Source: Octopus bimaculoides (Eukaryota). From it: a stretch of DNA of 39,442 nt. Numbering within the stretch: the first letter of the stretch is position 1; each line of letters opens with the position of its first letter. The position numbers and the translations under genes were made by a program. Of the stretch, positions 1-11,035 are shown piece after piece. The stretch spans positions 95,733,049 through 95,772,490 of the forward strand of contig NC_068982.1 in NCBI RefSeq assembly GCF_001194135.2, written 5' to 3'. The notes below the pieces were generated by a model. The model saw nothing but the letters and a program-made list of their open reading frames with translations, ran no database searches and was not told the DNA's origin.

Positions 1-604
1 TACCAAAAACATATAATGAAGAGAAACATAACAAGTAACTGCAGAATATGTGCCGATGGACGAGAAATAAATCATATTATCTCTGGCTGCCCAGTCCTGG
101 CTAAGAAGGAATATATTCACAGACACGACGGAGCTGGGACCTATATACACTGAAAGCCATGCCAACACTATGGAATAACAACAGAAAAAAGATGGTATGA
201 ACACACGCCAGAAAAAGTCACAGAAAACGAGAAAGCAACCATACTCTGGGATATGCCAATACCCACAGATAGAGAAATTAAGGCCAATAGACCAGATATA
301 GTTGTCAAAGGTCATGAAGGAAAGAATGCTTTCTAATTGATGTATCAAAACCAGCAGATGACAACGTTTCCCTAAAATAAATGGAAAAACTTTCAAAATA
401 CAAAGACCTGGAAATAGAGGTAACTCGAATGTGGAATCTAAAAACAGAAACAATTCCTATCATAGTAGGCGCCTTAGGTAGAATAAAATATATTCAGACA
501 AATACATAACAAAAACACCAGGGCTTACAAATATATATAACATACAGAAAATTGCACTACTGGGCACTGCACACATCCTACGCAAAACACTTACAATACA
601 GTAA
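1..604 (+). mobile_element. R4/Dong-clade non-LTR retrotransposon, 3' end of ORF (CCHC knuckle + restriction-like endonuclease), decayed
   Basis: Frame 1 reads NCRICADGREINHIISGCPVLAKKEYIHRHD...ILWDMPIPTDREIKANRPDIVV; after a frameshift CFLIDVSKP...EKLSKYKDLEIEVTRMW...LLGTAHILRKTLTIQ* (stop 602-604). This is the CCHC + PD-(D/E)xK signature of RLE-type LINEs; in-frame stops present. Confidence 0.85.
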
Positions 605-619
605 CCATAAGAGCATCAG

Positions 620-1030
620 CACGTCGCTTGGAGGGGTCGATTCTGCCCTCCTTCCATTCATTTTCATATATTTTTCTGCTTTGTTTAGTTTTTCTATCTT
701 ATTCTCCAATGAGATGTTGACCAATTCCTTAGCTACCGTAATATTTACAAAAGTTTCTTTCCCACCGCTAACTCCATTTTGTTAGATTCTTCGCCGCAGT
801 TACTTTCGATATTGCTTTGCGTGCGACTACAGTTTCCATGTAGTGAGGAAGACTTTATTCCTTCCTCCCTTCTTCTCGCTTTCTTTCTGCTTTTCCTCTT
901 CTTTCTTCTTTTCTTGACTTTTCACTTCTTCTTCCTTCTTTTCTACCTGATGTCTGCTGCCAATCATAGTGGGGAGAACAGGGAACACCTCGTGAAAATT
1001 CCTCACTCCAGCTTTTCGTCGTTATCTTGA
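620..1030 (-). other. Possible decayed LINE ORF1-like fragment (K/E-rich)
   Basis: Minus-strand pieces VEKKEEEVKSQEKKKEEEKQKESEKK and GKETFVNITVAKELVNISLENKIEKLNKAEKYMKNEWKEG; similar in composition to 10549-11035 but no diagnostic motif. Confidence 0.25.
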
Positions 1031-1640
1031 ATGTTTACTTTCTTCGAAGCAAATTTTCGAAGAAATTTGAAAGCAAAAAGGTTTGTATCACCCGCAAAAT
1101 GAGGTTTTAGTTAACAAACGTCAGCCCCACACAAGGGCAGCTGGCTTGCAAAACGATTTAACCAGTAAAATGCAGTATAGAATCTTTTAAAACGGGTGAA
1201 TAAATCATAAACTTACAGTGCTTTAAAAACACACCTCCTGCTCTGGCGATGATAATAATAATAATAAAGTCGAAATGCTGATGTAGACCAAGTAACTGAG
1301 AACCAGTGGCTGAGAATCTCATGTATTGATGTTTTTCAATATTTTTCTCCCATTAAACACATTTTATGGAATGATGATGCCGAAGTAACACGCGTTGTCC
1401 ATTGGTGGAAGGAAAACAACAAAATAAATTGTAATCTAAATTTTTACCCCCACCTAAATCAAGCGAAAGCCGTGTGTGTGTGTGTGTAAGGAAAAACATT
1501 TTCTAACCAAAAAGTATGCTATTAAAATGATTAATCGTTTGCATAACTTTTTTTTATAAATCATCAACAATTGCAGCGTGGAAGATGTTTGTAAGCCATT
1601 CAAGAACACACAAAAACAGTTAATTTCTCTTCAACATTTA

Positions 1641-1796
1641 NNNNNNNNNNNNNNNNNNNNNNNNNNNNNNNNNNNNNNNNNNNNNNNNNNNNNNNNNNNN
1701 NNNNNNNNNNNNNNNNNNNNNNNNNNNNNNNNNNNNNNNNNNNNNNNNNNNNNNNNNNNNNNNNNNNNNNNNNNNNNNNNNNNNNNNNNNNNNNNN
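1641..1796. other. Assembly gap (156 N)
   Basis: Run of N. Confidence 0.99.
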
Positions 1797-1986
1797 TCGG
1801 GCGATTCTTGTACATTGATCCTTTAGTTGCTCCACAGAAAAAAGTCTGGCAGTGTTAAATCAGGTGATCATCGTGGCCAAAGTCTCTTCGAAATAATCTG
1901 TTCACCGGAAAACTCTTGAAGTAGCGCCATGGTGATGCGCAGGATGACAGAAATTCATTGCGGAGAGACTTTTTGAACACCCTGTA
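1797..1986 (-). mobile_element. Tc1/mariner-superfamily deletion derivative: TIR joined to transposase C-terminal catalytic region
   Basis: Minus strand starts TA-CAGGGTGTTCAAAAAGTC (TIR-like) and reads TMALLQEFSGEQIISKRLWPR*SPDLTLPDFFLW then ..VYKNRP, matching the WPPRSPDLTPxDFFLWG motif; runs into the gap. Confidence 0.7.
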
Positions 1987-2093
1987 TTTTCGTCGCTTTA
2001 AAATCGTGACCTGTTCATTGACAAAACTTCACAAAAGTAAAGCAGCGTGAAGTTTTGTTAATGAAGCGGTCGCGATTTCAAAGAGACGAAAAT
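1986..2093. repeat. Inverted repeat, 47-bp arms with 14-nt loop
   Basis: 1986-2032 vs reverse complement of 2047-2093: 41/47 identical. Confidence 0.85.
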
Positions 2094-2775
2094 ATTTTGA
2101 CACGAATGAAATTTAAATGTTGAAGTGAAACTAACTGTTTTTGTGTGTTTTTGAATGGCTTACAAACATCTTCCACGCTGCAATTGTTTTTGTTACAGCA
2201 CACGATCTCAGATCAAGTCACTTGCTATGCAAGTACATTTCTGTAATTTGTTTTAAATCACTGTGGATAAATGCCAACAATCACCTTCTCAGGCTCTCCA
2301 ATATCTTAATTTATAAACAGAAACAATCGGGGGCAGAGAGTGGGATTGCAAAAAAATTCTTAATTTCTCCAATTTTCTTTTTTATAGCATATAAATGTAT
2401 TTATGGGTGGGGGGGAGGATATTGAAAACACATCAATACATGCAAGAGTGATAAAGAAACGAGGAGGGTTGTCTTTTTTTCATTAAAAGATACCCATTTT
2501 CCTGAAAGTTATGAGGGAAAAAAGTGTCAGGTCGTGTGAATTATCCAAAACTCTTCTCTCCACCCCCTCAGAAAAATTATTTCCCATAAATCCCTATATA
2601 CTTTGAAACCACAACATCTAAGCGGTATTTGAAGAAAATTTTGTTAAAAAGTATCCATTTTTCTGGATGTTATGAGGCAACAAAATCGGGTGGAGGCGTA
2701 TACATCTGTAGTTATGCCCTTTTATTCATACGATTTTTCATTTCATGTTTATTTCATCTATTTTTCGAATGTTTT

Positions 2776-2862
2776 CTCTCTCCCCTCCCTCTCTCTCCCC
2801 TCCCTCTCTCTACCCTCCCTCTCTCTCCCCTCCCTCTCTCTCCCCTCTCTCTCTCTCTCTCT
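2776..2862. repeat. C/T-rich 15-bp tandem repeat grading into (CT)n
   Basis: CTCTCTCCCCTCCCT units, about 4-5 copies. Confidence 0.85.
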
Positions 2863-3126
2863 CACATGCTCACACTGCAAAGCTTACAGATGGGCTGCTG
2901 AATTGTAATCTCTATGTTGCTTTGAGGGGAAGGTGAAACTTGATAAATTGCTTCTCCCTCTGTTGTTGAACTACCGTGATTTACTAAGCAAGCCAACACT
3001 ATTATACAAAGAAATAGTTAGACGTAAAATATTAAAATTATTAGATTTGGGAATCAATTGTGAAAATATTATTAAGGGGCTAGCAGAAAACTGCCCAGAG
3101 AGCGGTCTTTCTGCTAATAATAATAA

Positions 3127-3157
<31 letters not shown>

Positions 3158-3159
3158 AA

Positions 3160-3373
3160 TACTTTCTACTGTAGGCACAAGGCCTGCTATTGTGGAGAAA
3201 AGGGCTAGTCGATTACATCGATATCAGTGCAGAACTAGTACTTATTTAATCGGTGCCGAAAGGATGAATGGCAAAGTTGACCTCAGCGGAATTTGAACTT
3301 AGAACGTAGCGACGGGCGAAATACCGCTAAGCATTTCGCCCAGCGTGCTAACCATTCTGCCAGCTCTCTGCTT
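3160..3373 (-). mobile_element. tRNA-derived SINE, family A (octopus-type), next to (TAA)n(GAA)n
   Basis: Reverse complement matches 15939-16152 and 32145-32357 (GAGCTGGCAGAA..GTTAGCACGC..GGCGAAATGCTTAGCGGTATTTCG..GTTC.AAGTTCAAATTCC). Confidence 0.85.
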
Positions 3374-4037
3374 CAATAATAATAATAATAATTGTCTTCT
3401 GACAAAAATCAATGGTTTTGTATTTTAGTGGAATGTTTTAGAATCTGTGTCTTTCCTGAGACTATTAACTATGCACTGTGCAAATTAGTTTTAGGCAGAA
3501 ATCGAATACCGTAACAGAATTAATTTTGTATTCTATTATCTCAGATACTTCGTCCAACCTCAACATCAACCAATATTATAGTCCAATCAGCTCCAGAAGT
3601 AAATAAAAGTGTATGTTACAATCATGTGTTTAATTAGTAAACATTCTTTCAATTCATATTTATAACAATTTGTTTCTTTCATCTGAAGTAATAAAGATCT
3701 ATTGGTTACATTACTACATTATTGTTATATATTGTTCAAAGTATTGACAAATATTATTATAGTAAATTATTGAAACAGCTAATTGCTGTAAGGAAAGACG
3801 CTTTGCAGACTCTCCCAGACAGGTGACATCAATGATGTTCAGTTTGAACAGCAGTGTGCGAACGCCTGAGAAGTATTTCCAAAAAGGTCATAGTTCTGAG
3901 TGGGAATCAGTTGGAAAATGTTCAGAAAGAATAGGAGAAACAAAAAGAGAAGATATGAGTATATCGGCAAGATCTTGCAGTTCGAAGACGCAGAAGCTTT
4001 TGAAGTAGAGTAGGAAACTTACAAATAGTGTTCATAC

Positions 4038-4285
4038 AGGTGCAGGCATGGCCGTGTGGTTAAGAAGCTTGCTTTGCAACCACATGATTTCGAGCTCAAT
4101 CCCAGTGCGCAGCACATTGAGCAAGAGTCTTCTACAGTAACCTCGAATCAACCAACGCAAGCGAATTTAGATGAAATTGTATGGAAGCCCGTTGTATGGG
4201 GTCGATTTGTGTGACTAAAACCCTTCAAGATGGATCCCCAGTATGGGAGCAGTCTAATAACTGAAACAAGTATAAGATAAAAGAT
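4038..4285 (+). mobile_element. tRNA-derived SINE, family B
   Basis: Head GCAGGCATGGCCGTGTGGTTAAGAAGCTTGCTT...TTCGAGCTCAATCCC (A/B-box-like); related pieces at about 18425-18572 (-), 24460-24560 (+), 39048-39150 (+). Confidence 0.7.
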
Positions 4286-5211
4286 GAAAATAGTGTATCT
4301 GTGAGTCAATGATTAAAACTAATTAATGAGTGAATCTCTAATTAACTGCATTTGTTCATGTGTTCGAGAATGTTCGTATGTGCGTATCGGTGTAGCAGCA
4401 TTTCCCTGATATGTGAGTAGCACTTTAAAAGGAGTCTTACTTTAGCTTTGTATAGGAATAGTATTTTCTGCTCCTGAACAGGAAACCTAACTTTTGAGAT
4501 ACAGTTTAGAAAGCCATATAGACGTTATAAGAGAACATCATAGATTCTGGTTTAAGTAACTCAGGTGGTTTGCATTGCAAGTTGTTCGTGTGTAGAAATA
4601 GCATGATGAAAGACAGTTTCTTAGATAAGAAGAGTAAGTGTGCGTAATACCATTGAAAGAATCTAGGTTGTTATGCGACCATTGAATAATATTTTGAGAT
4701 ATCCGTTCAAGAAAGTAGTACTAGTTCGGAATGAGTTTTATAAATTAAAGAGGTATGTGGGGCGTTGTCTTTCGCATAGAAGAATGGAGGTGATTAGAAG
4801 GGACATTAATCATTAATTCACTATGAAGAAATGCGGATGACAAAAATGAATAATGTGTCAATTCAAAATAAATTGATATTAAATATATTCTAATATTTCT
4901 TTTAGTAATTGAACTTAAATAGATGTGTGTAGGTGTGTGTAGGTGTGTGTAGGAGCCTGTGTGTTACGATTACAAATATTTGTATGTGTAGATAATTTGA
5001 AAATAGTACTAATGAACTTTCAAACTCTTCTAATTATCCTTTCTATTAATTCGTAAATTGATTGTAATTACATGGTTTTACATCAAGACGCTTCTGCTGT
5101 TATCAATTATATAGAAGTGTGTGTGTGTGTGTGTGGAGAGAGAGAGAAATAGTGTGTCTGTGTGTGTGGAGTTTCAATATATATTTGAGAGTTTTAAAGT
5201 ACTATATTATA

Positions 5212-6132
5212 TTGGGTCATCCCATAACTAATGCAGCTTTTTTATACTTTTATTTTTCAAAATTAAGATAAACAAAGTTGTTTATTAATCTAAAATATAC
5301 TCTCCTTCATTTTCTACAATGCTCTTCCATCTATCTAGTAGACTTGCAAGGCCCCGCTTCCAAAATTCACTTGTACGTGACAAAAAATACTCCTCCGGTA
5401 CTGTCTGACCTCGTCTACAGAATTCATATTTTTTTCTGTCCAAATGATTTTGAAGACTGCGGAATAAATGATAACCAGATGGGGCAATGTCTGGTGAATA
5501 TGGTGTGTGGGGCATCGTTTCACATTCAAACTGCTCCAGCCTTTGGAATGTCATCTTCGCTGTTTGTAGCCGAGCATTATCCTGATGGAAGAGCTCCTTT
5601 CGTCTTGAAACCAAATAGGGTCGTTTACCGATAGCACGCAGGTATCGAAGAATGGTTGAATGACCAAATCCAAGCTTCACTGCTAGTTATTCAACAGATA
5701 CGATAGGATTTTATTCCACCAGGGTTTGCAGGACATCCTCATCAAGTTCTACACATCTTCCAGGACGAGGCTGGTCTTCTAGGCTGTAGTTTCCGGCTCG
5801 GAATTTCTGGAACCACCGTTCACACTGGCTTACGCTTATTGTCTGATCCCCATATACTGCATTAATATTCCTCGCACTTTCCGTTGCGTTGTTGCCTTTA
5901 TTAAACTCATAAAGCAAAATATGCCAAATATGCTCCTTTGACACTTCCATTATAGCTTTGAAAAAATAACTGTTAAAATCGAACTGCACTCTTCAAAACA
6001 TGCACTAAGAATAAGGACAAGGTAAAATTACTACCTGCTTTTATAGCAAGCTGATGCAGGTAGTTTATCTCGTCCCCCTCCGACTTTTAGTTCAGGAAAT
6101 TGAAAAAACCGCATTATTTATGGGATGACCAA
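5212..6132 (-). mobile_element. mariner element, internally deleted (921 bp), both TIRs and TA duplications present
   Basis: TA-TTGGGTCATCCCATAACTAATGCAGCTTTTTT at 5212 and AAAAAACCGCATTATTTATGGGATGACCAA-TA ending 6132; transposase remnants inside. Confidence 0.93.
5285..5950 (-). pseudogene. mariner transposase pseudogene
   Basis: One frame: MEVSKEHIWHILLYEFNKG...WFQKFRAGNYSLEDQPRPG (HTH), two premature stops, then HQDNAR and YSPDIAPSGYHLF (YSPDLAPSDY-like, third Asp changed to Gly); WVPHEL and the first catalytic Asp region are missing. Confidence 0.9.
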
Positions 6133-6825
6133 TAGTTTATTAAATTATTTGATATTTACTTTCAAAACAATCACAATAACATAAAAATAAATTGAGCAAA
6201 CCTGAGACTATTTTATACCTTTCATTTGAAATTGTATGCAGGTCGAATATTGCTGAGGTTTATTTCTAGTCTGAACTTAAACACAAGGGGACAGAGACAA
6301 ACAATAGTATATATTTGTTCTGCAATCTTCAGTTGAAGGTAGTCTGCAAATAGAATTGCTGAAGAGTAAGTTACTACAATCGGGTGACTAAATAATATTC
6401 AGAAAATAGCTGAATGGATATTCAGAAAAATGACAGCAGAGAATAAGATGAAATTAAACACGTTGTCACTCATGCAGTAATATGGATAGAACTATGTTTT
6501 GCCTTAGAGGACCTCTACTCCGAAGATTTTTATATTTTCTATTGACTTGTCACTGACAGTCATTTCAGTATCACAGATTCAATACAGACGGAAAGGTCAC
6601 GTAACTTACACAAAAGAAATTCAGCAGCAAAATTGAGCACTTAAAAGTTCATTCAGATTGTGAACAAGGAAATCCACATTATTTTCCTCCAATTTCATCT
6701 CCATTACTTTCTTAGTATGTTCTTTTAACTCTCCTAGAATAAATCATTTACTCAAAAGGATCGTTGACTGTCGTCAACTGAAAACAAAGCGTTTAAGAGT
6801 TGTATATTTAAAGTATATATATATT

Positions 6826-6978
<153 letters not shown>

Positions 6979-7566
6979 GTTCTGTTTATCAATCTCTATC
7001 GGTTACGGTTACAAATACCAGTATCTATCGATCATTTTTAAAATCTACTTGTGAACTTTCAAGTTCCTCTAGTTATCCTTTTCATTAATTGATCGTAATT
7101 ACATGATATTATGTTAAGACACTTCTGTCGGGTAACTTCTGTCACTATCAATTATATATATATATATAAATAACGCATCAAATTTGGTATTGTAGATTAG
7201 AATTGACTGAAGTAATAGCTAGTGTGGTGTGAAATGTTAGTTAATGAAGCTTCCATTAATCATTCAGAGTTCCTGCTGCTTAAAGTGGTGAGTTATAGCA
7301 ACATATGGATCCGATCTACAACCTGTTTGACATAATCAAGAAAAGTTATATGACCAGAAACAGCTAACAGCCGGTAACAAGGGGCGTCTTTACTATCGCC
7401 AGTTGTCTAACACTATGGCCATGTCCAGAATATCAGACAACGTTAGTAACTAACTAGCAATCATTTTTTAAACGAACAATAGACATCCTACTGCTAGAGG
7501 TGACGAAATCTGAATTGATATTAATCTCTCTTCTAACGGTATTAGTGATAAACGACAACAATAGGT

Positions 7567-7616
7567 ATACACATACATACATACATACATACATACATAC
7601 ATACATACATACGTAC

Positions 7617-7647
<31 letters not shown>

Positions 7648-7659
7648 TCTATGTGTGTG

Positions 7660-7692
<33 letters not shown>
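7567..7692. repeat. Compound (TACA)n(TG)n(TA)n microsatellite
   Basis: Direct reading. Confidence 0.95.
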
Positions 7693-7695
<3 letters not shown>

Positions 7696-7717
7696 GTGAG
7701 AGTTGCCTTCAAAGTTA

Positions 7718-7862
7718 TGCAGGGGTACAAGTATAGGAAACTCAATATACTCATCATTACTACCCGTCTGATAATGGTATACCAGGCACATGCATCACAA
7801 CCATAAGCATACAGCATGTAGCCTTATATCAAGTTAAACATGGCATGAGCTTTGTGGTGGGG
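7718..7862. repeat. Partial diverged copy of the 8535-9030 interspersed repeat
   Basis: Shared ACTACCCGTCTGATAA.GGTA.A.CA.GCACATGCAT.ACAACCATA and TATCAAG.TAAAC. Confidence 0.8.
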
Positions 7863-7865
7863 CCT

Positions 7866-8344
7866 AGTTAGAATTTTTTTGATTACTCTGGTTAATTCTA
7901 TGAGAGCGGATAGCAGCCTGTTGTCAGAAGCCTCACGGGGTCTCTTGCGGCACATTATGAGCTTTGATAATTGGTTGTTAATTATCGTATCAGACATTCA
8001 ACACCTAAACACCAATCTCAAAATCCTAGCTGTCCACAGTAGAGTAGTTTTGTGGGCTAGCTCTGCTCTTATGTCAGTTCCAATTTCTCTGACATATTTC
8101 TCGAACTTGGTTGTTAGTGTTCCGAGTGCCCTACACTTACTAGGATGATAGACACTCTCCTCATAGTCCACATTCTTGCAATTTCGTCTTTTAGTAGTCT
8201 GTAGTTTTCCAACTTTTCTAGTTCTTTGTCACTTATGCGTACATTCCCGTGTATAATCTTGGTTTCCTTTTCCCCTGTATCTACTACAACAATGTCTGAT
8301 CTCCGAGCATCAACTAGGGAATCACACTGGATTGTAAAATTCCA
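7866..8344 (-). mobile_element. R4/Dong-clade LINE 3' fragment (RLE domain + 3' UTR), 5'-truncated against a (TAA)n tract
   Basis: Minus strand QWNFTIQCDSLVDARRSDIVVVDTGEKETKII...DKELEKLENYRLLKDEIARMWTMRRV, then EKYVREIG...TARILRLV; UTR boundary approximate. Confidence 0.85.
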
Positions 8345-8364
8345 TTGTTTATTATTATTATTAA

Positions 8365-8430
<66 letters not shown>

Positions 8431-8432
8431 CA

Positions 8433-8475
<43 letters not shown>

Positions 8476-8520
8476 CATCATAATCATCATCATCATCATC
8501 ATCATTATTATTATTATTAT
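8345..8520. repeat. (TTA)n/(TCA)n microsatellite
   Basis: Direct reading; explains the poly-I/L/N ORFs. Confidence 0.97.
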
Positions 8521-8534
8521 TGAGGGAGAGATCA

Positions 8535-9028
8535 GTGACACTGGGGTAAAATATACGAAGCCCATTATGCCCATCATGACTACCCGTCTGATAAGGGTAC
8601 AACAAGCACATGCATTACAACCATATGTGCGCGACATGATGATCTCATATCAAGATAAACAGTGCATGGCCTGGCAGGTGAGGGCCCAGCTAGTATTTTC
8701 TTCAGGTCGAGTAGCCCATCCTGCTCAAAAGGTCCCTGAAGAAGGGTTGTTTAAGGATGTTGAACGAAGTATCCATGTTTCCAAAGGTGAATTATCCAAA
8801 CCCCAAAACCACTACTTCTGCTTGTGATCAGAGATGCCCATATCGTCAGCCACTAAGGGACATGGTCAACTGGTTAAAGTCAAACAACTGACAAGCAAAC
8901 CTGTGGTATTGAACAAAGTATTTGCCGTAGCGCCTCTTTTATACCAAGACAAAACAATGCACATGATAACACTTCCAATCAGTTAAGATCAGAAGCCATG
9001 AGAGCCACTGCCTGGTACTGCATCAGGG

Positions 9029-9030
<2 letters not shown>
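8535..9030. mobile_element. ~500-bp non-coding interspersed repeat flanked on both sides by (TTA)n
   Basis: Second partial copy at 7718-7862; sharp boundaries with triplet tracts; no recognisable ORF. Confidence 0.6.
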
Positions 9031-9088
<58 letters not shown>

Positions 9089-9140
9089 CATCATCATCAT
9101 CATCATCATCATCATCTTCGTTATCATCATCGTCATCATC
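9031..9140. repeat. (TTA)n(TCA)n microsatellite
   Basis: Direct reading. Confidence 0.95.
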
Positions 9141-9195
9141 GTCTCATAAAGCGAGATTTCTATACATCTTAAATTTGCAGAAATGTGTGAGGTGT

Positions 9196-9290
9196 GGGCA
9201 GTTTAACTTAATCGGTCTAAGAGCACCGCGACGCGTAATCACTGAGGTATGAATTCGAGTCTCATAGCTGGCCGCCAACACTTTTTTTTT
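9196..9290 (+). pseudogene. Degenerate tRNA-like sequence (tRNA pseudogene or solo SINE head) with T9 tract
   Basis: GGGCAG...CTGGCC acceptor-like ends, TAACTTAATCGG A-box-like, ATGAA-TTCGAGT-CTCAT T-arm, T run 9282-9290; anticodon stem does not pair. Confidence 0.45.
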
Positions 9291-9439
9291 CTGTAAAATA
9301 GGGGTAGCTTATATTGTTCAGGCTATATTATTAGCATGATCCTGCGTTTGAGAATTTAAAAATCACTTCTTTAACTTTCTAAGACATCTCAACGGTTCTA
9401 AAAGCTAACTTCGTTTGTTTGTTTACGTTTATCGTAATT

Positions 9440-10020
9440 TGAAGTTAGTTTTATGTTTTTACGTGGCTCCACTGCACTACTGAGCACAGTTCTGTGTCTC
9501 AGGCATGTACTGTGATTTGTTTTAGTGTTGTTTTTACTGTATTGAAAGGATTTTACGGAGAATGAGTGTGGTGCCTAGAAGAACAATTTTCTGTATGTTA
9601 TATATATTCGTTTTTCTTGATATTTTTTGTATATATTTGTTCGTATTTTTTTTAACCATGCATAATGCATCTATTATTATAGCGATTATTTATTTCTTTA
9701 TGTCACATGTTCGTTATTTCTATTTCCAGATCTTTGTATTTCCAGTACCCTGTTTCTTTTAGATGTACACTGTCATCTTTTAGGACTTATATATCGATTA
9801 GAAGGCGTTTTTTCCTTGGGACGCCCTGACAACAACATCTGGCTTATGAGCCTTGATTTCTACCTGTGTGTATTGGCATATCTCAGACTATGGTTTCTTT
9901 ATCATTTTCTGAGACCTTTTCTGAGATATGCCTATACTATTTTTCCTGTTGTCAATCTGTGGTGCTGGTACAGCTTCTGGTGTAAAGCGAATTATCTTTG
10001 CTTATAATTATTTTGGTTTC
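9440..10020 (-). mobile_element. R4/Dong-clade LINE 3' fragment, same subfamily as 1-604, more decayed
   Basis: Minus strand KVSENDKETIV*DMPIHT...KPDVVV...KYKDLEIEIT...NIYNIQKIVLLGTTLILRKILSIQ*, colinear with 1-604. Confidence 0.8.
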
Positions 10021-10305
10021 GTATTTTCGCTGTTATAGAGATTCTACTTCATCATAAATCCAGTTTTTTTTGAGTTTTTTTTATCATGGTAATTTGCATG
10101 CAGTGTCAAATATGTTATTTTTATACTTTGATATGAAGAGCATTATAATGAATTTAACGAAGTTAAAGATCATATTTTGGTCATTTTCAAATTTTTGAAC
10201 ATACAGTGATTCCAATATTTTTGAGCAACAGTGCCAGTCCTATACTCTTTAAAGTTTTTTTATGACATTCTGTAACCCTTTTGAGCGTGCGCATCTTTCA
10301 ATTCT

Positions 10306-10344
<39 letters not shown>

Positions 10345-10380
10345 AATCTCTGAGCGAGATGTAAACAGTAGCTGCAGGAC

Positions 10381-10536
10381 ATTGTGAACTATATTTACCA
10401 CTTAAATGTGGTTAACCCTTAAGGGTGGATGCTACTGTAGCTTGCAGCCCCAGGAGGACACCTCCTCCAGCTGGCTATTGACACACTTTCTGTGCCCTAT
10501 CAGTATTTGCTAAGGAAAGCCATCCTTCCCATCTCC
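10381..10536 (-). repeat. Left arm of 156-bp inverted repeat
   Basis: 143/156 identical to the reverse complement of 13592-13747, no indels. Confidence 0.95.
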
Positions 10537-10548
10537 GTATCGAACCCG

Positions 10549-11035
10549 AAATGGTGTATTATCCATTCTGCTTCCAAGTATTTCTGTCAGTCTAGCTGCC
10601 CTTTCGTCATCCACCAACACTGCTTTCAGGTTTTATTTTCCTCCCTATCTGCCAATCTTACTCTTATTACGCTTTTCATTTTTGCAATTCGTTTTTCTAT
10701 TTCAACACTATCAGTCTTTCATGTTTTCCTTTAGGTGGCATTCTCTCTTCATTCTCTGTTCCTATTACTGGTGTTTTTATCTCAGCTTCCAGTTCCTTCC
10801 GTCCCTCATCTTTCTTACTTGTTGAGGCTCCGGTTCCTGTGTTCGATCTCCCGTTGCTTCATTTTTTATTTTTTCCTTTTTCTCTGCTTTTCTTTTCTTT
10901 TTTCAGAGGGAATTCACTATTTCCTCTCCTCTCTACCACAGTGAACTCTGCTTCTTTCTCTGTTATTGCATTTACTACTTCCTGGCACTCCACCTCCTGT
11001 TCGTGTTTCTGGGGACACTTTGCCTTTATGTGCCA
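10549..11035 (-). pseudogene. Probable LINE ORF1 (gag-like) fragment, antisense to ORF2
   Basis: Minus strand begins at a zinc-knuckle-like end HIKAKCP, then EAEFTVVERR and a K/E-rich region; frameshifts and stops. Confidence 0.5.

Noticed and set aside
1240-1285. CTGGCGA...GTCGAAA hammerhead-like spacing
   Set aside because: Stem II is a (TAA)n run with almost no pairing, and there is no stem III, GTC site or stem I.
6333-6365. 33-nt AG/GTAAGT-bounded micro-exon candidate (EGSLQIELLK)
   Set aside because: No compatible neighbouring exons or recognisable protein; such sites are expected by chance in 39 kb of AT-rich DNA.
6610-6733. Minus-strand exon-like segment GELKEHTKKVMEMKLEENNVDFLVHNLNELL
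   Set aside because: In-frame stop before the donor and no homology I can recognise.
7468-9252. Long ORFs with poly-I, poly-N, poly-L, YI and HT runs in the ORF track
   Set aside because: Translations of microsatellites, not genes; ORFs spanning N gaps are artefacts too.
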